Assembly: GCA_045546575.1 (NCBI GenBank)
Contig: JAZQDC010000013.1
Location: 50,256 to 114,255 of the forward strand
Direction of reading: 5' to 3'
DNA length: 64,000 bases
Origin: Lachnospiraceae bacterium
GTDB taxonomy: Bacteria > Bacillota > Clostridia > Lachnospirales > Lachnospiraceae
Shown here: positions 18,782-27,359 of the stretch, one piece after another
How positions within the stretch are numbered: the first letter of the stretch is position 1
Layout of the letters: every line of letters starts with the position of its first letter
The notes under the pieces: model-generated
Seen by the model: only the letters and a program-made list of their open reading frames with translations
What the model was told of the DNA's origin: nothing
Database searches by the model: none
Program-made: the position numbers and the translations under genes

Positions 18782-19197
18782 GTATGGATGAACTGAAAAT
18801 GAAACTGTGTGATATACAGGGCAGACTGTTTGAACTGTCCGGCGCGAGGGGTTACGACAGCGTGACATTTATCAAAGCATTTATGACCTCTGAGGTGGCC
18901 AAGGGACTGGATTCCAAGTTTAATCGCATGCAATGGGCGGGGGAGGAATACTTGCTTGCCGAGCTTGCGGAAATCGTCGAGCTGACCGAAGGCGGTGAGG
19001 TGTACGACACAGAGGTGCTCTATTGGAGCGGCTACTTGTACCGCTTCTGGCACTTTACCACCGGCGAGAACAGCAAGGAGATCTACAAGCAAGCCCCTGC
19101 CGAAACCATGAGACGCAACTGGCTCATCTTCCACACCCTCGCCCCCGAAGTGGCGATCGAGGATCTGAAAGAGATCTATAGGCAGAGGAATGAATAA
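18778..19197 (+). CDS. DUF3791-family protein (usual partner of DUF3990)
   Basis: 4-bp overlap with the upstream gene. Small helical protein. Confidence 0.55.
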   Translation: MSMDELKMKLCDIQGRLFELSGARGYDSVTFIKAFMTSEVAKGLDSKFNRMQWAGEEYLLAELAEIVELTEGGEVYDTEVLYWSGYLYRFWHFTTGENSKEIYKQAPAETMRRNWLIFHTLAPEVAIEDLKEIYRQRNE

Positions 19198-19221
19198 GAA
19201 TCATCTCCACTATGAAACAAA

Positions 19222-19260
19222 GGCTCTCGTCTTGGCATAAGACGGGAGCCTTATATTGTT
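19222..19260. terminator. Terminator hairpin GGCTCTCGTCTT...AAGACGGGAGCC
   Basis: 12-bp stem. The same stem sequence is reused at 27191-27219 as the metG T-box terminator. Confidence 0.7.
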
Positions 19261-20024
19261 CTCTTATAAACAAACGCATTCCCTTGCTTGCCTACCCGTT
19301 CAATGCACTCGAGGTGCAACAGGATGTTAGTGGCAACCTGGGCTCTTGCCTTGGGAATCTTCCCGCAGGCGGCAAGATCGGCAGTGGTGAACTCCTCGGG
19401 GAGGGAGTCCGGAAGGAAATAGCCGTAGTCCTCCTTGGTGCACAGCGGCACTTCCGCCACCAAGGCCTTGGGCAGACCGTCATTTCTGGTGGCGCGCTTC
19501 TTCTTATCTGCGCCGTACCCGTCTAACATCTTGTATTCTTCAATATCCATCAGCGCCAGCCGAATGCTGAGCCTGGGGTGGCGCAGAAAATCCTTAATCC
19601 CGTACAGCTCGTCAAATACACGAAACCCGTAGTCCGTCTTGGGGCTGCGCCTGGGAGCGGTCACAGCACCGGTGTCCGGGTCCACCCAGCAGAGCCATTT
19701 GCGATACGTGACGGGGTATACAATGGTCACCGGGCATTCCGTGAGAAATGCATGGAGCTTCCGCTTCATCCGGAAGAAACCGCGGGTCTGAATCTCGATG
19801 ACGCCCTCGGGACGGCAAATGTCCGCCACAAATCCACAGGTGGGAACCTCCTCATACACGGCCTCCTCCGCATAGAACCGCTTCAGCACCGCATGGGTGC
19901 TCTTCTCCGCCAAAGTGCCGATGCCACCGGCAGCGGTGAGCTCATCTAGGGTGGCGTCGCAGACTTGCTCGAAGAGCTGCGCACGCTCAGGGGAAATGAT
20001 GTGTTGTAGGAGTTGGTTGTTCAT
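19251..20024 (-). CDS. Hypothetical protein; possible PD-(D/E)xK-like nuclease core (weak)
   Basis: No recognisable family. A D...EIQ pattern gives only a weak nuclease-fold hint. Confidence 0.3.
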   Translation of the reverse strand: MNNQLLQHIISPERAQLFEQVCDATLDELTAAGGIGTLAEKSTHAVLKRFYAEEAVYEEVPTCGFVADICRPEGVIEIQTRGFFRMKRKLHAFLTECPVTIVYPVTYRKWLCWVDPDTGAVTAPRRSPKTDYGFRVFDELYGIKDFLRHPRLSIRLALMDIEEYKMLDGYGADKKKRATRNDGLPKALVAEVPLCTKEDYGYFLPDSLPEEFTTADLAACGKIPKARAQVATNILLHLECIERVGKQGNAFVYKRTI

Positions 20025-20325
20025 GAGGACCTCCGGGGGGTGAGTGGGGTAATGGGGGATGAGCTGAGAGGGCAGGGCGATGGGTCATCCGGGAAATGAG
20101 TCCTGAGAGGGACGGGAGATGAGCCATCGGGATGGGGCTGTCTGCTCTTATTCTAACATGCGGAGAGGGGGAAGGCAACTGAAAATGCGGAGAATATAGA
20201 CTTATTGAGAAGTTTGTTGAGTTGTCAAAGAAGTTCTCGTCGGGCGAGAGTTTTACATTATTTATTCAAAACCTATTGATATTTTGTCGAAATTAGCGCA
20301 TAATATATCCGACGAGGTGATGATA

Positions 20326-20943
20326 TGAAGCGTAATATTTCTTTGAATCAAATTGAAAAACGAATCCGTAAATCACAAAAGGGAACGCTTTTTTGACTTC
20401 TGATTTTACGGATTTTGCATCATCGGATGCTACAAATAAGGCTCTTCTTCGTCTTGAGGATGCTGGACTTATTCGAAGGATTCTTTTCGGCATTTACGAA
20501 TACCCCGATTATAATGAATTTTGGGGCGAATATGTCGAGTCGTCGCCTGATATAGTAGCGTAACACTTTGGCAAGGAAGTTCGGTTGGACGAGTGTTCCC
20601 TGCGGAGATACGGCGCTCAATATGCTTGGACTTTCAGCGCAAGTTCCTACTGTTTGGCTTTACATCAGTGATGGGACAGGAGTATTCTTACGGAAACACC
20701 ATGATTAAATTCAAGCGCACAACGAATAGAGAGATTTCGAAGATCTCATATAAGACTGCGCTTGTTATTCGGGCTCTCAAAGCACTTGGTAAGGAAAATA
20801 TAACCGCCGAGATTATCGATAAAATTGTGTCAACGACTACCGACGAAGAAAAAGCTACGATGTTTGTTGAAGCGAAATACGCAACGTCGTGGATATACGA
20901 CATCATAATAGAACTTTGTGGAGGGGCAAGACGAGAAACATAG
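20326..20943 (+). pseudogene. AbiEi-like antitoxin (type IV TA / abortive infection), disrupted by at least 3 frameshifts
   Basis: Pieces in three frames: MKRNISLNQIEKRIRKSQKGTLF | LTSDFTDFASSDATNKALLRLEDAGLIRRILFGIYE | ...FGWTSVPCGDTALNMLGLSAQVPTVWLYISDG... | ...KFKRTTNREISKISYKTALVIRALKALGKENITAEIIDKIVS. Together these are typical of AbiEi. Confidence 0.6.
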
Positions 20944-21844
20944 CAACAATACCGGCGCGTGACCGCGAGGCGATTATAGGAAAAGATTTTTGGGTCTGCT
21001 ATATGCTCGACTATCTTTTCCACCGTTCTGCGAGGAAGGAGAATCTTGCGTTCAAAGGGGGTACAGGCCTTTCCAAAGCCTACGGACTTATCGAGCGTTT
21101 CTTTGAGGACATTGATTTGATTCTCGATTGGCGTGTTCTCGGCTACGGCATCAACGAGCCGTGGGAAGAACGCAGCAATATGAAACAGGATATATTCAAT
21201 AAAGAAGCGAATACGAGAGCCGAAGAGTTCCTTCGTGATACATTCTTGCCCGCTATTTCTGCCGACCTTGCTTCCGAGCTTGGCGGCGGAGTGAAATGTT
21301 TTATCGATCCCGACGATCCGCAGACTGTGAAGATCTCATATCCGAATAGTTTTGCGGATATGTCGATTCTCCAAGATATCAGGCTTGAAATCGGGCACTT
21401 CCGCGTGGACTTCTGTAAAGGTTGCTGTTATTACGCCATATTCCGTGCAAGTGTACGGCAGACTCTTCAAGCAACCCTCAACTGATATTTTAACCGTCCT
21501 ACCCGAGCGCATCCCTTGGGAGAAAAATTACAATTTTGTACGGAGAGGCGTTTCGCGCGGAAGATAGACCCTTCCCGACAAGATATTCCCGACATTATTA
21601 CGACTTGTATCAAATGATGCAAACTGAAGTGAAAGACAACACGCTTGCGAATAATGACATTTTAACTTGCGTTGTGGATTTCAAGGACAAGTTCTACTGT
21701 TGCCCATGGGCGAGATATGATCTCGCCAAGCGCGGCACAATGCGCTTGATGCCACCCGGATATAATCTTGATAAGCTCCGCGATGACTGTGAGCATATGC
21801 AGAATATGCGTTCGGAGATAAGCCGAGCTTCGAAGAGATTATGA
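20889..21844 (+). pseudogene. AbiEii-like nucleotidyltransferase toxin (DUF1814), frameshifted into 3 or more fragments
   Basis: KENLAFKGGTGLSKAYGLIERFFEDIDLILDW in one frame; ...RYSRHYYDLYQMM... in another. Confidence 0.6.
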
Positions 21845-21897
21845 AGGGAATTGAAAAACTCGAAAACGATATCAATGAATACAGAAAGGAGAATTAA

Positions 21898-23031
21898 ATG
21901 AAAGATCTGGAAAAACCCATGATGGATAATGCTGTAAACGAAAACGAAGAGGTAAATTTACAGTTAGCCGAGAATGAGAATGTGGACGAAGAAACACAAT
22001 CTTCAAGCGAAGACAAAAGAAAACTTTTGGAAAAAACAAAGATAGTTAAACAAACATGGTCTATTTTGGAAATATACCAAAAAGTTCAAGCGAAAAAGCT
22101 TGTATTAGATCCTGATTATCAAAGAAATCAGATTTGGAAATTAGATAAAAAGACCGCTTTTATTGAGTCGCTTTATATGGGAATTCTAATTCCACCAATT
22201 TACGTTGTTGAAATACCCGGAGAAAATATTCTTGATGGTGCAACTTATGAAGTTGTTGATGGTAAACAAAGATTAACTACAATATTAGATTTTATAGAAA
22301 ACAAATTTGCGTTAGCGAACAAATCGCTTGAGTATTATAAAGATTGGTTTGAAAACAAAAAGTTCGCTCAAATACAGTCAGAATATACCGAACTTACAAA
22401 TACAATGCTCTCATCAGTGCTCGATATATATGTGATCACATCGAATTCTCCTGAATTTACTAAATACGATATATTTTCTCGTTTGAATAAAGGATCGGAG
22501 CCCTTAAAAGTAAATGAGATAAGAAAGGCAATATATCAAAGCCATGTATTGAAACTAGTTTCTGAATATGTTGAGAGAAATTTGAAAAATCCAATATACG
22601 AGACCATCTTTACAAAAAATGATATTAAGCGTTACGAAGATTATGGACGCTTCTTTAGGAGCATTGCTTTTTATGTTAGATCCAATCCGGAACGGAATAT
22701 TATTGAGGCATACAATTCGAGACCGCGTGAAATGATAAATAATGTTCTTTCGGGGCTTCAAAATAAAACTATCATTATAAATGATATCAAACTTAAAGCA
22801 ATCCTTAATGCTACCATTCAACTTTGCTTAATGTATAAAGATCAAACAAATGGTTTACATTTGATAGATGCCTCGATATATTTTGCTACCGAAAAGTTAG
22901 AAAAGTATAAAGAGAAATATACTACAATTGTTAATGATGATATAATTAAGGAAACGCTAGAAAAATCCGCAACGACTACAAGCAATGTAAATGCAAGATT
23001 TAAACGGATTCATGAAATAATGGGTGAGTGA
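21898..23031 (+). CDS. DUF262 (ParB/Srx-like NTPase/nuclease domain) protein, GmrS-like, without a DUF1524/HNH partner domain
   Basis: DPDYQRNQIWKLDKKTAFIESLYMGILIPPIYVVE...YEVVDGKQRLTTILDF matches the DUF262 signature. Very AT-rich coding sequence. Confidence 0.75.
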   Translation: MKDLEKPMMDNAVNENEEVNLQLAENENVDEETQSSSEDKRKLLEKTKIVKQTWSILEIYQKVQAKKLVLDPDYQRNQIWKLDKKTAFIESLYMGILIPPIYVVEIPGENILDGATYEVVDGKQRLTTILDFIENKFALANKSLEYYKDWFENKKFAQIQSEYTELTNTMLSSVLDIYVITSNSPEFTKYDIFSRLNKGSEPLKVNEIRKAIYQSHVLKLVSEYVERNLKNPIYETIFTKNDIKRYEDYGRFFRSIAFYVRSNPERNIIEAYNSRPREMINNVLSGLQNKTIIINDIKLKAILNATIQLCLMYKDQTNGLHLIDASIYFATEKLEKYKEKYTTIVNDDIIKETLEKSATTTSNVNARFKRIHEIMGE

Positions 23032-23037
23032 TCTATT

Positions 23038-23667
23038 ATGGCAAGTGATAATAGAAAATTTATCGAAACACAAATAGAGGCATTGTTAATAAGGCGGTTT
23101 TTGGTTGCTTATGATGAATTGGAAGCGGAAATCCGAAACATTTTTACAGAAAACATATCATTAATATTGCCACAAAAGAAGGAATTACTGTTTTTTTATT
23201 TAGCAGGAATAAAAAGCAACGTTCATATTGAATACGGAAATCATTCTTTAAGTGCGGTGTCGGCTCAATATTGTTCAAATGAAAAGTTTTCGATGTTTAG
23301 TTCCAACCAAATTATTAAAATCCATCGGCAATGTCATTTGTTGGATGTGTTTGATTTTAACATACAGTCAATCAATAATAAAAAAACGGAATACGTATTT
23401 ACGGACTCTTACATTAAACTTCTGAATATGCGAAACAAACTTGCTCATGAATTGTCACACTTGGTATTTAAAGACAGTGATGTTATTGAACTGTTATCGA
23501 ATGATTATATTGAAGAAAACAGTTCTGAGTGGTTATCATATTTAGATGCCAAACTTATGACAGATGAAAGCAAAAGTATATTTAGCAATTTAATTATGAT
23601 GAATGCCATAATTAAAGAACTGAAAAGGAGAAAAGTTCAAAATGTTGAAGCAGTGGATAGTGAATAA
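23038..23667 (+). CDS. Small protein with HEPN-like Rx4-6H motif (MRNKLAHE); Abi-like/DUF4145-like candidate RNase
   Basis: 7-bp gap after the DUF262 gene. Motif R-N-K-L-A-H in a predicted helical context. Confidence 0.45.
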   Translation: MASDNRKFIETQIEALLIRRFLVAYDELEAEIRNIFTENISLILPQKKELLFFYLAGIKSNVHIEYGNHSLSAVSAQYCSNEKFSMFSSNQIIKIHRQCHLLDVFDFNIQSINNKKTEYVFTDSYIKLLNMRNKLAHELSHLVFKDSDVIELLSNDYIEENSSEWLSYLDAKLMTDESKSIFSNLIMMNAIIKELKRRKVQNVEAVDSE

Positions 23668-26089
23668 TATTAGTGACTTTAATAACAACATAAAAACCGA
23701 AGAAGATTTAAAAATAAAAGTATTGCTTCCTTACTTAAGAAGTTTAGGGTATATGGATTCTGAGTTTCGTTTTGAACATAGCATTGACGTGACAATCGGA
23801 ACAAAGAAAACTACGGTGTTTTCGGATTTGGAGATTATTGTTGACGGCAAAGCTGAGATAGTCATTGATACTAAGTCGCCATCAAAAAGTATATCTGAAA
23901 AAGATGTATTGCAATCAGCCAGTTATGCAAAGCTGATTAATACTCCTCCTGCGCTTTATGGTATTACTACAAACGGACTGGAGTGTATTGTTACAAACGT
24001 ATATACAGGAAAACGAATTAGCGAAATACCCACTAAAACTCAGCTCATTAGAGATATTGATAAATCAAAGAAGAAACCTCTTCGCGATGTTGAGTTGCGA
24101 GAAGTCGAAAGTATTCTCTTTACCCTTCATAATACAAAAGAATTATATAAGGTTATTCAAGATAGCAAGGATGTAATAGAAAAACGAGGCTTAATTCGTA
24201 GCGATCAATCCTTTAGAGAAATGACAAAAATTATATTGACCAAAATGAACGAAGAGCGACGAGTCAAAGCAAAAGAGGGGAATAATCGGTTTTCTAGTTC
24301 ATATCTTTCATCTGCGGCTAAGATTAATGAAACTATTGAACTTGTTATATTCAATCAGTTGTTTGATGAAGCAAAAGCAAAATATCCAAGTATTTATACA
24401 AATGAAAATGAAACGCTACAGATATCCGATAATAATTGTATTGTAGATATCGTAAGGAAACTGGAACCGTTCTCGTTTGTTGGAACTGGAGATGATATCA
24501 AGGGAACGGTATACGAAGTGTTTTTGAAATCTACACTTAGAGGAGAGTTTGATCAGTATTTTACTCCTCGAGAGCTGGTTGATTTTATGGTTAAATGCGC
24601 GGATCCGGATATTGGAGATGTTATTTTAGACCCGGCCTGCGGATCGGGTGGATTTCTTATTCAAGCGTTTAATTATGTAAATAAGAAGATCAATAATTCT
24701 AATACTTCTGAAATTGATAATAATAACAAATTCATGGCGCTCATAGACAAATGCTTATGGGGGCATGAGGCGGATTATGATCTGCATGTATTAGCAAAAA
24801 TCAATCTTATTATGCACGGAGATGGATGGAATAATATCTATCAAGGGGATACATTAAAGAGTGACAAGATTCCAAACAATCATTTTGATCTTGTTTTGGC
24901 AAATCCGCCATTTACCATAGCGTATACGTTTTCGGATGTTTTAAGTAAATACGAGTTGGGAGTTGGAAAGAGGTCCGAGGAATTAGACGTTCTTTTTGTT
25001 GAGAAAAGTTTGATGGCACTAAAACCAGGTAACGATATGTATATAGTTTTACCTGAGGGACTTTTAAACATAAAAAAATATTCTTATTTTAGAGAATGGT
25101 TATTACAAAAAACAGATATGCTAATGTCAATTTCTCTTCCTGAGGGGGCATTTATCCCTTTCGGTGGATCAGTTTCTAAAACGTGTATTCTGGGAGTTCG
25201 GAAGAAGGGCCGAGAAGAAGATAATTATGCGCCACCCAAATATGTATTCCTTGGCAAAGCTCTTGAAGTAGGGTATGAAACTGGCAAAAAGGCTTACATC
25301 CCCAATAATAAAAATGATCTGGAAGAGATGACGTTCTTCATAAATGAAATATTTAATGGAGTAAAGCAGACAACTAATGGTGGTGAATGCGGGTGGATTA
25401 AGCAAGAAGATATAACATCCTATAGAATTGATGCGAATTATCTTCTGAATCGAATTGATAGACATGCTTTAGAAGAACGATTTCCAATCTTGGTGCCTTT
25501 AAAAGAAGTATGTCAAATTCGAAACGAGTCTGTATCGGTGCGAAATGATAAGGACTATAATTATTTAGAGGTGCCTGACATATCTGAAGCAACCGGTGTA
25601 ATCACTAATGTTCGAAGGATTGCAGGTAAATTATTAAACCAGTCATCCTTCCACAAATTCTATCCAGGGGATATATTATTTACAAGAATTAACCCAAGGA
25701 AAAACAGAATTGCCATCGCGCCACCTATCGATGATTATGGAATTGTTTCAAAAGAAGTATTTAGATTGGAACTTAAGCCCAATGAATATATAGACTATCA
25801 AGATAGGTATGTTCTTTGCGCGATATTACAGTCGTCCCACGTACACAATCAAATTGTACGGTTGTCTACAGGATCTTCGTCTTCTCGCGCACGCGTTCAA
25901 GAAGATGATTTGTTAGCAGATGTTTACATTCCGATCCCAGGCAAAGATTTGCAAAAAAGGCTTAGTGGATCTCTTGCAAAAACAACGATGGAAATATGGA
26001 GTTGTTCACAAAAATTCTTGTCGACGTATGAAGAAAACCAACAATTGTTGGGCTCTCTCGTCAATAAGAACGATATGAGAAGCGTTTGA
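23642..26089 (+). CDS. Single-polypeptide Type IIG/IIL (MmeI-like) restriction-modification enzyme: N-terminal PD-(D/E)xK nuclease (HsdR_N-like), gamma-class N6-adenine MTase, and one HsdS-like TRD
   Basis: N-terminus ...VFSDLEIIVDGKAEIVIDTK (D...DxK); MTase motif I DPACGSGGFLIQ and motif IV LANPPF. The C-terminal region resembles an S-subunit TRD (GDILFTRINPRKNRIAIAPP...). Overlaps the upstream gene by 26 nt. Confidence 0.7.
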   Translation: MLKQWIVNNISDFNNNIKTEEDLKIKVLLPYLRSLGYMDSEFRFEHSIDVTIGTKKTTVFSDLEIIVDGKAEIVIDTKSPSKSISEKDVLQSASYAKLINTPPALYGITTNGLECIVTNVYTGKRISEIPTKTQLIRDIDKSKKKPLRDVELREVESILFTLHNTKELYKVIQDSKDVIEKRGLIRSDQSFREMTKIILTKMNEERRVKAKEGNNRFSSSYLSSAAKINETIELVIFNQLFDEAKAKYPSIYTNENETLQISDNNCIVDIVRKLEPFSFVGTGDDIKGTVYEVFLKSTLRGEFDQYFTPRELVDFMVKCADPDIGDVILDPACGSGGFLIQAFNYVNKKINNSNTSEIDNNNKFMALIDKCLWGHEADYDLHVLAKINLIMHGDGWNNIYQGDTLKSDKIPNNHFDLVLANPPFTIAYTFSDVLSKYELGVGKRSEELDVLFVEKSLMALKPGNDMYIVLPEGLLNIKKYSYFREWLLQKTDMLMSISLPEGAFIPFGGSVSKTCILGVRKKGREEDNYAPPKYVFLGKALEVGYETGKKAYIPNNKNDLEEMTFFINEIFNGVKQTTNGGECGWIKQEDITSYRIDANYLLNRIDRHALEERFPILVPLKEVCQIRNESVSVRNDKDYNYLEVPDISEATGVITNVRRIAGKLLNQSSFHKFYPGDILFTRINPRKNRIAIAPPIDDYGIVSKEVFRLELKPNEYIDYQDRYVLCAILQSSHVHNQIVRLSTGSSSSRARVQEDDLLADVYIPIPGKDLQKRLSGSLAKTTMEIWSCSQKFLSTYEENQQLLGSLVNKNDMRSV

Positions 26090-26099
26090 GAGAGTCGGA

Positions 26100-26351
26100 C
26101 TTGCAAACGAAAAGAAAAAGAAGGTCTACAAGTTATCCGGAGGAGAGCAGCAGCGTGTAGCACTGGCGCGTTTGATGATAAAGAGGTGTGAAGTGATTCT
26201 TGCGGATGAGCCTACGGGCTCTTTGGATGATAAGAATGGAGAACGAGTGCTGGAGATTCTTCGCGAACTGAATCGGGAAGGGAAGACAGTAGTGCTTGTT
26301 ACACACAGCAAAGCAATAATCGATGCGGGAGGACGGGTCATTGAATTGTAG
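26100..26351 (+). pseudogene. 3' remnant of an ABC-transporter ATP-binding gene (signature motif to C-terminus only)
   Basis: ...KLSGGEQQRVALARLMIKRCEVILADEPTGSLDDKNGERVLEILRELNREGKTVVLVTHSK...* with no Walker A or start codon. GC content returns to the host level here. Confidence 0.7.
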
Positions 26352-26375
26352 TGCGATGGAGGCAGCGAAGCGGAA

Positions 26376-26795
26376 ATGGAATCTGTAAAGAAGAAATGGT
26401 TAATCGGAGTTCTTGTGGCTCTTGTGTTTGTTGGTGTTGCGGCATACTTGATTGCAATTGCAGTATTAAACGAAAGGACATCGAAAAAAATTGCTTTCAA
26501 CCCGGAGATGAACTGTAGATGGGAGGCTGATGGGGACTTTTATTATACTGCGGATACCGCATCCGTGTTTCTTCCGAAGGTAGAGATATATGCCACCTAT
26601 AATGCTCCGGACGACATAGAAGTGGAGATACTCATTGAGAAAAGCTTGTTCGGAAAGAAGAAAATGTACTTGTCCATTTATGATGCAGAAGAGGACAAGT
26701 GGTCGGGTAGGGCGACGCTTAATTCGAATATGGAGTACACACATATGAATCCCAAGGACGAAGACGTATGTACGACGCAAACGAGGCTGCGGTAG
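26376..26795 (+). CDS. Membrane-anchored hypothetical protein
   Basis: N-terminal TM helix; 139 aa; no known domain. Confidence 0.45.
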   Translation: MESVKKKWLIGVLVALVFVGVAAYLIAIAVLNERTSKKIAFNPEMNCRWEADGDFYYTADTASVFLPKVEIYATYNAPDDIEVEILIEKSLFGKKKMYLSIYDAEEDKWSGRATLNSNMEYTHMNPKDEDVCTTQTRLR

Positions 26796-26924
26796 TAGCT
26801 TTGTTTGAAAAGGTGGATAAGTTATGGGGAACCGTTAAGTGATTGCAGGAGATAGAAATGTCTCGCAAAACTCCCCCTTGACAACCCGCTCCTCCTCGTA
26901 GTATGATTGCAACAAGTTCATATC

Positions 26925-27225
26925 ATTTGGCGATGAAGAGAAGAGTACCTGTTGTAATCCGATACAGAGAATCCGCGGTGGCTGAGAGCGGAACGGCAAT
27001 TGCAGGAGGGAACATGGTCTTGGAGCCGCGCAGGCGAGGATGCAGAGGTTTTGTTCCGGAGGCGGAACGAGCGGTGAGTGGCATCTTAGGTTGCGCCGGG
27101 AGCACCCGTTATCGTGTTAGGCTGTCGAGCAATCCGCAGCTGATAGAGGCACAGGAAACTGTGTGAAGTAAAGTGGTACCACGAAGCTACGGCTCTCGTC
27201 TTTATATAAGACGGGAGCCTTTTTC
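26925..27225 (+). promoter_or_regulatory. T-box riboswitch leader (probable Met specifier) controlling metG
   Basis: Stem I AGAGA/AGTA motifs. Conserved T-box sequence AAAGTGGTACCACGAAG at 27170-27186, overlapping the terminator hairpin 27191-27219 plus T-run. GGGAACATGG is a candidate AUG specifier. Confidence 0.75.
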
Positions 27226-27359
27226 AATATCTGGGAGCGTGTCGGCTCATGGATATTGGAACAGAGAAAAGGAACCTACCAAGGTTTTTGGAACCACCCC
27301 CACCGCCCATGATAGAAATGAACAAAACAGATATACTACTTTTACGGAGGTAAGAATTA

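Noticed and set aside
26903-27166. 87-aa ORF upstream of metG
   Set aside because: Lies inside the T-box leader RNA; the T-box motifs explain the region.
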